Of a DNA stretch of 61,900 nt, positions 1 through 10,198 are shown one piece after another. The position numbers were made by a program, and so were the translations under genes. The stretch comes from a bacterium (GTDB lineage: Bacteria > SZUA-182 > DTGQ01 > JAFGSM01), in the NCBI GenBank assembly GCA_049472355.1, contig JBLIRP010000008.1:1-61900 (forward strand), read 5' to 3'. Position 1 is the first letter of the stretch; every line of letters begins with the position of its first letter. Under the pieces are notes generated by a model. That model made no database searches. It saw only the letters and a program-made list of their open reading frames with translations, and was not told where the DNA came from.

Positions 1-273
1 ACCGAACCCGTAAACCGGGTAGGCCGGCTCGGACTGCCTCCAGCCGTGGTTATATGGGCTGTCCCAGTACTCGAAGTTGTCGACCAGGATGTCCCCCGTA
101 CCTTTGAAGGGATCCTCCCATGTCGGCACCTGGAGCGGTTGACTTGAGAATGATGGAAAATCCCACAGCGGCGGGAAACCGAAACCCACCTGGGCCATGG
201 CTGTTGATCTGACCATCACAAACGCTAAGGTCACAACCAAGCAAACCATTAAGGTCTTCATTGCATGTTTCAT
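1..273 (-). CDS. Secreted hypothetical protein, N-terminal part; runs off the left edge and is not in the ORF track
   Basis: Manual translation from ATG at 273, after RBS GAGGTG: MKHAMKTLMVCLVVTLAFVMVRSTAMAQVGFGFPPLWDFPSF...DNFEYWDSPYNHGW. Sec signal peptide ending AMA-Q; no stop before position 1. Confidence 0.85.
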   Translation of the reverse strand, partial: MKHAMKTLMVCLVVTLAFVMVRSTAMAQVGFGFPPLWDFPSFSSQPLQVPTWEDPFKGTGDILVDNFEYWDSPYNHGWRQSEPAYPVYGFG

Positions 274-310
274 ATCTATGCACCTCGCTTTAAAGGATGA
301 CCGTATTCAA

Positions 311-703
311 CTACTGCAAAAGTGTCCATGCTAAGTAGAAACTTGGATCGCCATACGCATAGGTCGGATAATCGAACCGCGCATAGGGGATCGGCGTACC
401 TGGCAAGGTGGTGTAAGGGAACGTCGTCTGATATGGAGACCCGAAGTACGGATAGGTCGCAATACCAAGGGTATTGTACGCCGTGGCCACATCAGGAGTC
501 AGAAACGGAGTGAATGGTGCAAATCCGAGCAGGTAGCCGTTTATCGTGTTGAAATAACCGTAATCGGAATAGAAAAGCGGACTTGTATAATAATACGATG
601 TGGGAAAAATCTGAGCCTGAGCCATCGGTCCCGCGAGGAGCATTATCCCGATTGCCAGGACAACTCCGATCACCCACACTTTCAAAAACCTTAAATTACC
701 CAT
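311..703 (-). CDS. Secreted Tyr/Pro/Phe/Thr-rich hypothetical protein (~130 aa)
   Basis: Start re-called at ATG 703 (RBS GAGAGAGG). Signal peptide MGNLRFLKVWVIGVVLAIGIMLLAGPMAQA-Q; low-complexity aromatic mature region. Confidence 0.85.
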   Translation of the reverse strand: MGNLRFLKVWVIGVVLAIGIMLLAGPMAQAQIFPTSYYYTSPLFYSDYGYFNTINGYLLGFAPFTPFLTPDVATAYNTLGIATYPYFGSPYQTTFPYTTLPGTPIPYARFDYPTYAYGDPSFYLAWTLLQ

Positions 704-1151
704 AGCCTCTCTCCATCTTACTTTAAAGATGTTGTGAATTACGTTGCTAACCAACATACGTGTGATCAGGCCACTTGGTTATGATTTTTTTCGATCAGCG
801 ATCACCTCCTTGGTTTCTGAATTGATATTATGAAAACTTACAGTTGAGAAATGACCTCCTACTCCACCTCCCTTCCTGATCAATCAATCAAATCCTTCTT
901 CCCATGGTCAGGGTTAAGGGGTATCGCATTTGATACGTCTTGCACCGTTAAACACCTCAGGAAAAGCGACTTGATCGATAACTCTCCATTCTCCGTTTTT
1001 GAATTATGGGTAAATAAAAAATGTATCATTGAAACCAAAACCAATCAAAAAGTATTTAAAAACAACAAGTTAAACAATGACCAATCTGCGTTGAACGTTA
1101 CACATGTTCACCCTGGGCATGGGTGAATAAAAATATACCAATAATAATCTA

Positions 1152-1167
1152 AGCAAAAATCATTCCA
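1152..1167 (-). promoter_or_regulatory. Putative sigma-54 (-24/-12) promoter for the leftward secreted-protein genes
   Basis: Minus strand reads TGGAATGATTTTTGCT (GG-N10-GC), inside a very AT-rich divergent intergenic region. Confidence 0.5.
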
Positions 1168-1729
1168 AAAAATATCAGATGGTACGCTCATGGTTCAATT
1201 CATGGAAAAAATTGTATTTTATATCAATAAAATCATAATAATAGACAAATTGTCCACGGTCATTACCTGCACCGTGATATTAAAAAGCGCGTTTATTTTT
1301 TTAGAATAAAGTAAATTTTTATTCATAAAATATAAAAAGTGAGATAGACAATCAATGAATAGACAAAAAATAAAAAATAAAAAAAATAGAAAAATATTAA
1401 AAAATAATAAAATAATTGCGAAGATCAAAAAATGGAACAAAAAATAAATTCAAAATATAATAAATTATTTTTAAAATATTTTTTTGTGAAGTCGTTGAAA
1501 GAGTCCTGTTCCGTTTATATATGATTGTGTATAAAATTTCATATTTTGTGATTTGTTTTTCATCTTTATTCTGTTTTCTATTGTAAGCCTTGGATATGGT
1601 TACCGGAGTACTCGGTGAAAAAAAGCACGAAATTCCTGTATGCACACCAGTCTTTGCCATAGGCTTCTTTGATGAAGTTATATGGATATCTTGCAAAATT
1701 TGTTCTCATATCAGGGGCTGCAATATACC

Positions 1730-1758
1730 TTGACCACCGGGGGCAGTTCTGGTACTAT
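1730..1758 (+). promoter_or_regulatory. Putative sigma-70 promoter of the radical SAM operon
   Basis: TTGACC-17 nt-TACTAT with an extended -10 TG, about 105 nt upstream of the ahbD-like start. Confidence 0.5.
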
Positions 1759-1863
1759 GCAAAAGGCTAATAATATTACCACGTTATAATTAATTTGGGG
1801 TGCCTACTCCATGAATCGTTTTGGGTCGCCAATGAATCGGCGAACATTCATATGGAGAATACC

Positions 1864-2961
1864 ATGTCGGAAAGGGAGCATTCGTTAATCCTCGGCGGAC
1901 CACCGAGGCTCATTGCCTGGGAATTAACCCAGTCCTGTAATCTTCACTGTGTGCACTGCCGGGCATCCGCAACGGAGGAAAGATCCACGGAGGAGCTTAC
2001 CCCGGAAGAGGCCGGGGAGTTCGTCAGATCCCTGCCCGATCTGGGACGCCCCATCCTGATATTGACCGGCGGGGAGCCGCTCATGCGCCCGGATGTCTTT
2101 TCCCTGGCGCGCCTGGCCACGGATATAGGCCTTCGAGTGGTGCTCGCCACCAATGGGACGCTGATCGATGGGACGGTTGCTTCCAAAATAGCCGCATGCG
2201 GCATCAAACGGGTGAGCATCAGCCTGGACGGGCCTGATGCCCCTTCCCACGACCGGTTCCGAGGCGTTTCAGGCGCCTTTGAACGTGCGGTGCAAGGGAT
2301 CGAGAGCCTCAAGGCCGCAGGGGTGGAGTTTCAGATCAATACGACGGTCACCACAAGGAATGCCCATCTCATAGGAGACATGACAAGGCTTGCATCGGAC
2401 CTGGGGGCCAGGGCGCTGCATATCTTTCTGCTCGTGCCTACCGGGAGAGGGAAGGACCTGGAAAACGAGGCGATTTCCGCGGCGGACTATGAGCGGGTGC
2501 TCCATGAATTTTACGATCTTTCACAGCGGACGACCCTCCAGATGAAGGCCACCTGTGCGCCCCATTACTACCGCATAGTCGCCCAGAAGGAGCGGGGTGG
2601 TAAAACCTCTATGGGAGGATCCGAAACCCATGGCCATGGTTTTTCATCCATGACCAGGGGGTGCCTGGGAGGAACGGGTTTCTGCTTTGTCTCCTTTAAG
2701 GGTGAGGTGTGCCCGTGCGGGTATCTCCCCCTCGTTGCAGGAAATATCCGGGAGGCAAGCCTGAAGGAGATCTGGTACAATGCCCCACTTTTCCGTGATC
2801 TCCGTGATCTCTCCCTGTTGAAGGGGAAATGCGGCGCATGCGAATACAAAATGGTGTGCGGCGGTTGCCGGGCACGGGCCTTCAATCAATCAGGGGATTA
2901 TCTGGGTGAGGAGCCGTTGTGCATCTATCAGCCGCGAGGGGCAACGGGTGCCGGGTCATAG
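1864..2961 (+). CDS. ahbD: Radical SAM/SPASM heme b synthase (AhbD-like)
   Basis: LIAWELTQSCNLHCVHCRASA, TGGEPL, KATCAPHYYR, TRGCLGGTGFCF and a SPASM CxxCx5CxxC(GGCRARA) tail. Start placed at ATG 1864 after GGAGA. Confidence 0.8.
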   Translation: MSEREHSLILGGPPRLIAWELTQSCNLHCVHCRASATEERSTEELTPEEAGEFVRSLPDLGRPILILTGGEPLMRPDVFSLARLATDIGLRVVLATNGTLIDGTVASKIAACGIKRVSISLDGPDAPSHDRFRGVSGAFERAVQGIESLKAAGVEFQINTTVTTRNAHLIGDMTRLASDLGARALHIFLLVPTGRGKDLENEAISAADYERVLHEFYDLSQRTTLQMKATCAPHYYRIVAQKERGGKTSMGGSETHGHGFSSMTRGCLGGTGFCFVSFKGEVCPCGYLPLVAGNIREASLKEIWYNAPLFRDLRDLSLLKGKCGACEYKMVCGGCRARAFNQSGDYLGEEPLCIYQPRGATGAGS

Positions 2962-5611
2962 CCTCCTTGCCGCCCTCCAGCGACCAGCGCGCTATATCGG
3001 CACGGAGACCAATGCCTGCATAAAGGACCCTGCCGCAGTCACGATCCGGGTTGCCCTTGCCTTCCCGGACGTGTACGAGATCGGTGAATCCAACCTCGCC
3101 CTCAAGATCCTCTATACCATCCTGAACAGCATACCGGATATCTGGGCGGAGCGGGTCTATGTCCCCTGGAGGGATGCCGAGGACCTGCTCGCACGGAAGG
3201 GGCTCCCCCTGACCAGCCTGGAATCGGGGACCCCGATACACACGTTCGATTTTCTGGGGATCACCCTCCCCTCGGAACTGTGCTATACCAATATACTTAC
3301 CCTCCTCGCATCGGGTCGTATCCCCCTGCACGCAGGGGACCGGGACCTCCGTTTTCCCCTGGTCATGGGTGGGGGCTCCGGGGCCTCGAATCCCGAACCC
3401 CTTGCCCGCTTTTTCGATCTTTTCGTGCTTGGCGACGGCGAGGAGGTCATACTCGAGATCATGGATCGATGGCGTGAGGTGCGGGGAGGGGCGACCGGCA
3501 GACAGGAGCTGGTCGAGTCCTTCGCCTCCATTGACGGGGTATACGTGCCGCACCTTTACACCCCCGAGTACCATGAAGATGGCAGGGTAAAAGCGGTGAT
3601 ATGCCATGCCCCGGGGCGATCCCCGGTGCAGCGCAGGGTAGTGACCGACCTGGGACGCGCCCCGTATGTCGACGCCCAGATTGTTCCCTTTATCAGTGCC
3701 GTGCACGACCGGGTTGCCGTTGAGATTGCGCGGGGGTGCACGCGGGGATGCCGTTTCTGCCAGGCAGGGATGATCTACCGGCCTCCGCGTGAGCGACCCA
3801 TGGAACGAATCAAGGAACTGGCGCATTCCCTCATATGCTCCACCGGGTATGAAGAGGTATCCCTCCTCTCCCTCAGCTCCGGGGACTATAGCTCCCTCGG
3901 GGAATTGATCGCCATGCTGCGCAAGGATGACCCCGGTGTAGGACCGCTCGTGTTTTCCCTGCCCTCGCTCAGACCGCAAGGGATACCCTCCACGATACTC
4001 AAGCTCCTTCGGGAGGGGAGAAAACCGGGGTTCACCCTTGCCCCGGAGGCAGGCTCCGAGAGGTTGCGCGGAATCATCAACAAGGGGATCACCGATGAAG
4101 AGATACGCCTCATGGCGAGGCAGATCTTCATGGCGGGATGGGACCTGATAAAACTCTATTTCATGGTCGGCCTCCCCTGCGAGACGGAATCGGACCTCCT
4201 TGCGATCAGGCTGCTGGTCAAGGAATTGGGCATGCTCGGCAAGGGCATCTTAGGAAAGAGGCCCCGGTTCAATCTCACCATTTCCCCCTTTGTGCCGAAA
4301 CCCCACACCCCTTTCCAGTGGGCTGCCCAGGATGCGGTTGAAACCATAAAGGAGAAGGAGGGACTCCTGCACAGGATATTGTCGAGCGGCCTGATCCGCA
4401 TCAAATCCCATACCCCGGAATTGAGCCTTGTCGAGGCGGTCCTTGCCCGGGGGGACCGGCGGATCGGTGAGGTCCTGGAGAAGGCATGGGGCCTCGGTGC
4501 GCGATTCGATCAGTGGGGGGAGCATTTCAATTTTACGTTGTGGAGGAAGGCATTTCACGCAACAGGCATCGATCCCTCCTTTTATGCGCATAGGCGGCGA
4601 TCCATGGATGAGGTGTTTCCCTGGTCGCATCTCTCGATGGGTGTTGACGATGCATTCCTGATGAGCGAATATCGCAAGGCATTGGAGGGGGAGATGACAC
4701 CGGATTGCCGTGTCGGGGGGTGCAACCGGTGCGGGGCCTGCACCAAGGCCATGCAGTCTCTCGTCGAGCACACCAGGGCAACGCCGTCATCCCAGGGGGA
4801 GCACAGTGATGATCTGACCGAACCGATATCGCATCTCACGAAGCCCGAGGTCGGTCATGCCCATTCGAAGGTACGGGTGCAGTGTACCTACTCGAAAACA
4901 GGGCATGCCGTTTTTTATTCTCACCTGGACCTCATCCGGTTGATCGGACTTGCGGTGAGAAGGGCCGGGATACCCATCGCCTATACCCAGGGGTTTCATC
5001 CCGCCCCGCGGATCTCGTTCGGACCTGCCCTACCGGTGGGTACGGAGGGACTTGCAGAGTACATGGAGATGGACCTGGACGGGGAGATCGACCCCTGCAG
5101 CCTTATCGGGAGGCTCAATGGCGAGCTCCCCGACGGGGTAATTATCAGCGAGGCAAGGACCGTACCCCTGCATGCACCCTCTATCATGGGCCTCATCAAC
5201 GAGGCGGAGTATCGCATCCTTCTTCCCACGGATATCGCCGGTAAGGTGGGCACCATACAACGCCATCGTGAATGCATTGAAGCAGCCATGGCGCTGCCTG
5301 CGATCCATATCTGGCGTGAGGTGAAAGGCAGGGGAAAGGATATCGACATTCGCCCCCTTATTCGGGGGATAGGGATATCCGAACGGGATGACGGGATTGA
5401 ACTTTTTCTGAAGGTAAGGGTTTCCACCGAACAGAACGTACGGCCGCGTGAGGTGCTTGCTGCCCTGTATGGACCGATGGCCGAGGAATGGATCGGTCTG
5501 GTGAGGATATCCCGAACGGGCATCTTTTCCTCCATCGCGAATGAAAAGGGTGAGCGTCCGGGTATCGATCCGGCGCCCTCCCCGCATGCCCCGTCTCCCC
5601 CGGAGGCGTGA
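2948..5611 (+). CDS. TIGR03960-type B12-binding radical SAM protein fused to a TIGR03936 radical SAM-linked domain
   Basis: PARYIGTETN, LAFPDVYEIG, EIARGCTRGCRFCQAG, FTLAPEAGSERLR; C-terminal SHLDL...AYTQGFHPAPRISFGPALPVG. GTG start at 2948 overlaps the ahbD end. Confidence 0.9.
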   Translation: MPGHSLLAALQRPARYIGTETNACIKDPAAVTIRVALAFPDVYEIGESNLALKILYTILNSIPDIWAERVYVPWRDAEDLLARKGLPLTSLESGTPIHTFDFLGITLPSELCYTNILTLLASGRIPLHAGDRDLRFPLVMGGGSGASNPEPLARFFDLFVLGDGEEVILEIMDRWREVRGGATGRQELVESFASIDGVYVPHLYTPEYHEDGRVKAVICHAPGRSPVQRRVVTDLGRAPYVDAQIVPFISAVHDRVAVEIARGCTRGCRFCQAGMIYRPPRERPMERIKELAHSLICSTGYEEVSLLSLSSGDYSSLGELIAMLRKDDPGVGPLVFSLPSLRPQGIPSTILKLLREGRKPGFTLAPEAGSERLRGIINKGITDEEIRLMARQIFMAGWDLIKLYFMVGLPCETESDLLAIRLLVKELGMLGKGILGKRPRFNLTISPFVPKPHTPFQWAAQDAVETIKEKEGLLHRILSSGLIRIKSHTPELSLVEAVLARGDRRIGEVLEKAWGLGARFDQWGEHFNFTLWRKAFHATGIDPSFYAHRRRSMDEVFPWSHLSMGVDDAFLMSEYRKALEGEMTPDCRVGGCNRCGACTKAMQSLVEHTRATPSSQGEHSDDLTEPISHLTKPEVGHAHSKVRVQCTYSKTGHAVFYSHLDLIRLIGLAVRRAGIPIAYTQGFHPAPRISFGPALPVGTEGLAEYMEMDLDGEIDPCSLIGRLNGELPDGVIISEARTVPLHAPSIMGLINEAEYRILLPTDIAGKVGTIQRHRECIEAAMALPAIHIWREVKGRGKDIDIRPLIRGIGISERDDGIELFLKVRVSTEQNVRPREVLAALYGPMAEEWIGLVRISRTGIFSSIANEKGERPGIDPAPSPHAPSPPEA

Positions 5612-6540
5612 TGTCCCCTGTACCCGCCTATCTCGGCATCAGCGACCCTGAATGGAACGAAAGGCTCCATGCAGCCCGGGGGCTTTTTGCGGGGTGCCGG
5701 TGTTGTCCCCGCCAGTGCCGGGTGGACCGGCCGGCCGGTGAGAAGGGGTTCTGCGGCGCAGGGGCCGAAATCGTGGTTGCATCTTCAGGCCCTCATTTCG
5801 GGGAGGAACCCCCCATCTCGGGAACCAGGGGATCGGGTGCCGTCTTTTTCACCCATTGTACGATGAGGTGCGTGTACTGTCAGAACTATCCCTTCAGCCG
5901 GCTCGGGCAGGGGCGGGTGAGGAGTGCCGGGGAACTGGCTGCATGCATGACCATGCTGCAGGAAAAGGGGTGTCACAATATCAACCTGGTCACCCCCGCC
6001 CATTTCATCCCTCCCGTCATCCAGGCCCTGCGACTGGCCGTTGACCGGGGCCTCAGGATTCCCATCGTTTACAATACGAGCAGCTTCGAGAACCCGGAGG
6101 TCCTTTCCCTCCTGGACGGCATCGTGGATATCTTTCTTGCGGACATGAGGTATGCCGACCCGGCAATGAGCGAACGCTATTCGGGGGTGCGTGAATACCC
6201 GGAGAAGGCGAGGGATGCCCTCAAGGAGATGTATCGCCAGGTGGGCCCCCTCATGACGGACCATGACGGCATCGGCTCACAGGGGCTCATCGTCCGGCAC
6301 CTCGTGCTGCCCAACGGCATAGCCGGAAGCAGGGAGGTCTTCTCCTTCATAGCAACGGAGCTCTCGAAGGATGTGCCGGTCAGCCTCATGAGCCAGTACT
6401 ACCCTGCGTACCAGGCCATCGGCATCCCCGAGCTGAGTCGTCCCATCACCGCCAGGGAATACGAGGAGGCCCTGCAGTGGCTGGAGGAATCCGGGCTCAC
6501 CGAGGGATGGCGACAGGGCCTTGAGGATGAGGGGGAATAA
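5608..6540 (+). CDS. PflX-like radical SAM protein (PFL-activating-enzyme related)
   Basis: CxxCPRxCxVDR, HFGEEPPISG, CTMRCVYCQN, GCHNINLVTP, IVRHLVLP, SLMSQYYP. Confidence 0.85.
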   Translation: MMSPVPAYLGISDPEWNERLHAARGLFAGCRCCPRQCRVDRPAGEKGFCGAGAEIVVASSGPHFGEEPPISGTRGSGAVFFTHCTMRCVYCQNYPFSRLGQGRVRSAGELAACMTMLQEKGCHNINLVTPAHFIPPVIQALRLAVDRGLRIPIVYNTSSFENPEVLSLLDGIVDIFLADMRYADPAMSERYSGVREYPEKARDALKEMYRQVGPLMTDHDGIGSQGLIVRHLVLPNGIAGSREVFSFIATELSKDVPVSLMSQYYPAYQAIGIPELSRPITAREYEEALQWLEESGLTEGWRQGLEDEGE

Positions 6541-6768
6541 ACCGGCATTGCTCATTTTGAAGCTTTCGGCAGAGAGCGTGAGCAGACATGTTTAAACATC
6601 CCTGCTCACGACGACGCGATGCCAAAAAAGATTAAGGGGTATATGCAAAATTGGAATTTCAGACAGGCCACATCAGTGGTGGATTGTGTCCAGGAAATGG
6701 TGTAATGTAGGAAAGACGGGTACACCATGGAGGACCGCTATGCCGATCATTCCCGGGGGGAATCGATT

Positions 6769-7320
6769 ATGAAGGATGTACGGAGGAAGATTCGAGGCAG
6801 CATATCCCTGACCCTCGTAATGCTGCTTGTTCTGCTCATTGCAGCGGCCACCCTGGTGGGGGTGGTGCTCAAGATTCGTTCCCCTGCTGGAAAGGGTATG
6901 CTCACCCTGGCCCCGCCCATAGAGACCGTATGGGGGATGTACAATGCCTCGCTCAGGGGGGATATCGACGGGTACCTCAACTGCTTTACCCCCGAATCAC
7001 GTCAGCCCATACAGGCCACGTTGGAGAGCATGGGGGAAGAGGCATTCAAGGAGTACCTCCGGAACAAGGCGGCCGGAATCATGGGGATCTCCATCTATAC
7101 CCCCGCAGAAGAGGAACTGGGAAATCCGGGCGAATGGTTGCCCGATGACCGTGAAAACGAGGGAATGATCAGCCTGCCTGTGGAAATCGTCTACAAGGAG
7201 CGGAATGAACGCCAGGTGTTCCGTCTCAAGCGCCTCGGCGAGGGATGGAGAATCGTCTCCGCGTCTTCCCCGGTCTTCACCCCCCAGCCGATCCCCTACG
7301 GCACCAACGTGAACGAATAA
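6769..7320 (+). CDS. Membrane-anchored hypothetical protein with a possible NTF2-like periplasmic domain
   Basis: One N-terminal TM helix; GDIDGYLNCF and a C-terminal LKRLGEGWRI pattern. Alternative start at 6727. Confidence 0.7.
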   Translation: MKDVRRKIRGSISLTLVMLLVLLIAAATLVGVVLKIRSPAGKGMLTLAPPIETVWGMYNASLRGDIDGYLNCFTPESRQPIQATLESMGEEAFKEYLRNKAAGIMGISIYTPAEEELGNPGEWLPDDRENEGMISLPVEIVYKERNERQVFRLKRLGEGWRIVSASSPVFTPQPIPYGTNVNE

Positions 7321-7783
7321 TCCTCCCAATCGCATCGCCGTTGAAGAGCGCATCACGGGCCATCCTCGATATTTCTCTGCATTACCTGCAACCAACCTTT
7401 GTTAGAGCGGAGCGAAGCGAAGCTGCTGCAAAAAGGCTTCTTTTGCAAAGCAGAAGGACTTGCTTCGTTTTCAGGCCCGAAGCGAGCCCTCTCTTCAAAG
7501 CAGACCTTCCTGACCCTCCGTAAGGCCCCGGGACCGGCACATCCCCTGTCGAGACACCCCTGACATCCCGCCCTCCAATGCACGAATGATCGTTATTTCG
7601 CTTGATTATTGTCGAATAAAGGAGAAGGAGGACCTTTGTGGTATACGTGCGCACGGACGAGGGAAGGTCAACTTCCTCGCTCCTTGGGCACCCCCTGTCA
7701 TGGTTGGGGACAATGGCGCGAACGTGGGTACAACAGGAGAGGATGACCAGGAAACATCCTGGTTTGACGGGCCGGAGGTGTGA

Positions 7784-8530
7784 ATGATCGCCGGAATTCA
7801 CCAGCCGCAGTATCTGCCGTGGCTGGGATATATGAACAAGATTGCCAGCTCGGATGTCTTTGTTTTCCTTGATACCGTTCAATATCGAAAGAATGAATGG
7901 CAGAACAGGAACCGGATCAAGACAGCGCAAGGGTGGCAGTGGCTGACCGTGCCTGTCTGCTATCGCTACCCGGAGAGGATTTCCGAGGTAAGGATTGACA
8001 ACGCCACCCCCTGGGGGGAGAAACACTGGAAGACACTGGTTACCAACTACAGCCGCGCCCCCTACTTCGATGCCTACGCGGATTTTTTCCATGATACCTA
8101 CACCAGGGAATGGGAACTGCTCGCGGACCTCAATATACATATAATCCGGTTTTTGATGGGGGTGTGTGGATTGAAGACCAGGACCATACGGGCGAGCGAG
8201 CTGGATGTGGACAACACCGACCCAACCGGCCGCCTCGTGGCCATCTGCAGAGCGGTAAAAACGGATACCTATCTCTCCGGCAGGGATGGGGCGAGGTACA
8301 TGGATGCCGATCAATTTCATGACAACGCGATCAGGGTCTGCTACCAGGACTGTGCCCCTGTTGAATACCCCCAGTTGTTCGGAGGATTCATCCCGAATCT
8401 GTCCGGCATCGACCTTCTGTTTAATTGTGGACCCTCGGCAACGGGAATCATCGAGAATCAATTCGTGGTTTCCGAGCACATAAAGGAACGAGACTATGAA
8501 GGTATTGGCAATCGGTGCCCATCCCGATGA
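7784..8530 (+). CDS. WbqC-like family protein
   Basis: IHQPQYLPWLGY, FLDTVQY, WQNRNRI, YLSG, LSGIDLLFN. Confidence 0.9.
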   Translation: MIAGIHQPQYLPWLGYMNKIASSDVFVFLDTVQYRKNEWQNRNRIKTAQGWQWLTVPVCYRYPERISEVRIDNATPWGEKHWKTLVTNYSRAPYFDAYADFFHDTYTREWELLADLNIHIIRFLMGVCGLKTRTIRASELDVDNTDPTGRLVAICRAVKTDTYLSGRDGARYMDADQFHDNAIRVCYQDCAPVEYPQLFGGFIPNLSGIDLLFNCGPSATGIIENQFVVSEHIKERDYEGIGNRCPSR

Positions 8531-9110
8531 CATAGAATACGGGTGTGCAGGCACCCTCATCCGGTACCGTCAGGCGGGACATAGCGTCTCTCTCTTTGTC
8601 ATGACGCGGGGTGATGCCGGCGGGGATCCCGATATGCGTGCGGAGGAGCAGATTGCCTCGGCCCGGATCATCGGTGCGGAGGAGGTCCTGTGGGGAGGGT
8701 ATCAGGACACCATGCTCCCACTCTCCCGCGAGTTGATCATCAGGCTTGAGGATGCGATTACCAGGGTCGCCCCGGACATCATCCTGGTCAATCACCGGTA
8801 TGACACCCACCAGGATCATCGCACCCTTTCGGACGCCACCATCTCCGCCACCCGCAATGCGAAGAATGTCCTTTTTTACGAGGGTCCCACCACCTATAAC
8901 TTCGTGGCCAATATCTTCGTGGACATCACCGCCTTCCTTCACCAGAAGCTCGACACCCTGAACGCCCACCATTCCCAGATCACCAAGACCAATATCAATT
9001 CAATGAGTATCCTCGAGCTTGCAACCTCCACGGCCAATTTCAGGGGGATCCAGAGCCGCGTGAAATATGCCGAGGGATTCATCTCGAGCAGACTGTTTAT
9101 AACCATATGA
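8496..9110 (+). CDS. PIG-L/LmbE family deacetylase
   Basis: AIGAHPDDIE and DTHQDH motifs. Confidence 0.9.
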   Translation: MKVLAIGAHPDDIEYGCAGTLIRYRQAGHSVSLFVMTRGDAGGDPDMRAEEQIASARIIGAEEVLWGGYQDTMLPLSRELIIRLEDAITRVAPDIILVNHRYDTHQDHRTLSDATISATRNAKNVLFYEGPTTYNFVANIFVDITAFLHQKLDTLNAHHSQITKTNINSMSILELATSTANFRGIQSRVKYAEGFISSRLFITI

Positions 9111-10198
9111 AGACAAAACCGATCAGGCATTCAATGCCTACACTGGACCACAGGGAGATCGACGCCCTTGCGGACACCATCCGTTCAAACCATATCGCGG
9201 CAGGCGACCAGGTGGCCCTGTTCGAAGATGAGATGGCCCGTTATTGCGGCGCGTCGGGTGCAGTGGGGTGTTCCTCCGGCACGGCAGCCCTTCACCTCGC
9301 CCTCCTCGCCATAGGCGTTGGCCAGGGAATGGAGGTCATCATCCCCAGCTTCACCTGTGCATCGCTCTACCACGCGGTAACCTATACCGGCGCCGTACCG
9401 GTGCTCGCGGATTGCGATCCCGACACCTTCCTCCTCACCGCTCCGACCATCATGGCAAGGATCACCCATCGAACCAAGGCGGTCATCGTGCCCCACATGT
9501 TCGGTCTTCCTGCGGATATGAAGGAGATCGTGAGCCTCGGGCTGCCCGTTATCGAGGACATCTCCCAGGCCATCGGCGCAACCTATATGGGGAGGAGGAC
9601 AGGGTGTCTCTCCGAGGTTGCGGTCTCCTCATTCTATGCCACCAAGCTGATCACCACCGGTACGGGGGGGATGGTCCTCTCCGGCAATCCCCGGGTGCTC
9701 GGGAAGGTGCGCGAACTCAACGGGGTGGACAAGAAGAAGGACCTGAATTGTCACCTTCCCTATATGATGAATGACCTGCAGGCGAGTATGGGACGGTGTC
9801 AGCTCAGGAAACTGGATGATTTCATCAGCAAACGCAGGGACCTGGCATCCCACCTCAGCCTTGCCTTGAAATCAATCCCGGCCGCACCCCCGGGTGATCT
9901 TTCCTTTAGGGAGCACATCTTCTTTCGCTATTGCGTAAAGATACACAAACCGGTCGAGCCGGTGCTCGCATTCCTGCGCAGGAACGGCATAGAGGCAGCA
10001 AGGCCCATCTTCTCACCGCTCCACCTCCTGGACAAAAGGGAAACAGCAACGAGTGGCGGTGATTTTCCCGGGACCATGGAGGCATGGAGGGAGACCATCT
10101 CGCTGCCGATCCATCCCGGGCTCACCAACAAGGAGGTCCTCAGGGAGGCGTGCCTGTTGGGGGACATACTCAACGTAATGGCGTATTCAAACGCATGA
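9107..10198 (+). CDS. DegT/DnrJ/EryC1/StrS sugar aminotransferase
   Basis: SSGTAALHLAL, IEDxxQAIG, SFYATK (PLP lysine), ISLPIHPGL. Confidence 0.92.
   Translation: MKTKPIRHSMPTLDHREIDALADTIRSNHIAAGDQVALFEDEMARYCGASGAVGCSSGTAALHLALLAIGVGQGMEVIIPSFTCASLYHAVTYTGAVPVLADCDPDTFLLTAPTIMARITHRTKAVIVPHMFGLPADMKEIVSLGLPVIEDISQAIGATYMGRRTGCLSEVAVSSFYATKLITTGTGGMVLSGNPRVLGKVRELNGVDKKKDLNCHLPYMMNDLQASMGRCQLRKLDDFISKRRDLASHLSLALKSIPAAPPGDLSFREHIFFRYCVKIHKPVEPVLAFLRRNGIEAARPIFSPLHLLDKRETATSGGDFPGTMEAWRETISLPIHPGLTNKEVLREACLLGDILNVMAYSNA

Noticed and set aside
50..283. 77-aa ORF in the track
   Set aside because: Wrong frame; the overlapping frame from ATG 273 has an RBS and signal peptide and stays open to the window edge.
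851..1696. Short ORFs in the AT-rich intergenic region
   Set aside because: Low-complexity translations with no recognisable motifs; more likely divergent promoter DNA.
7400..7580. tmRNA, RNase P RNA or tRNA
   Set aside because: No T-loop/CCA end and no RNase P GAGGAAAGUCC signature seen.
7586..7783. 65-aa ORF before wbqC
   Set aside because: No RBS or recognisable features; its end simply supplies the GGAGG RBS of wbqC.
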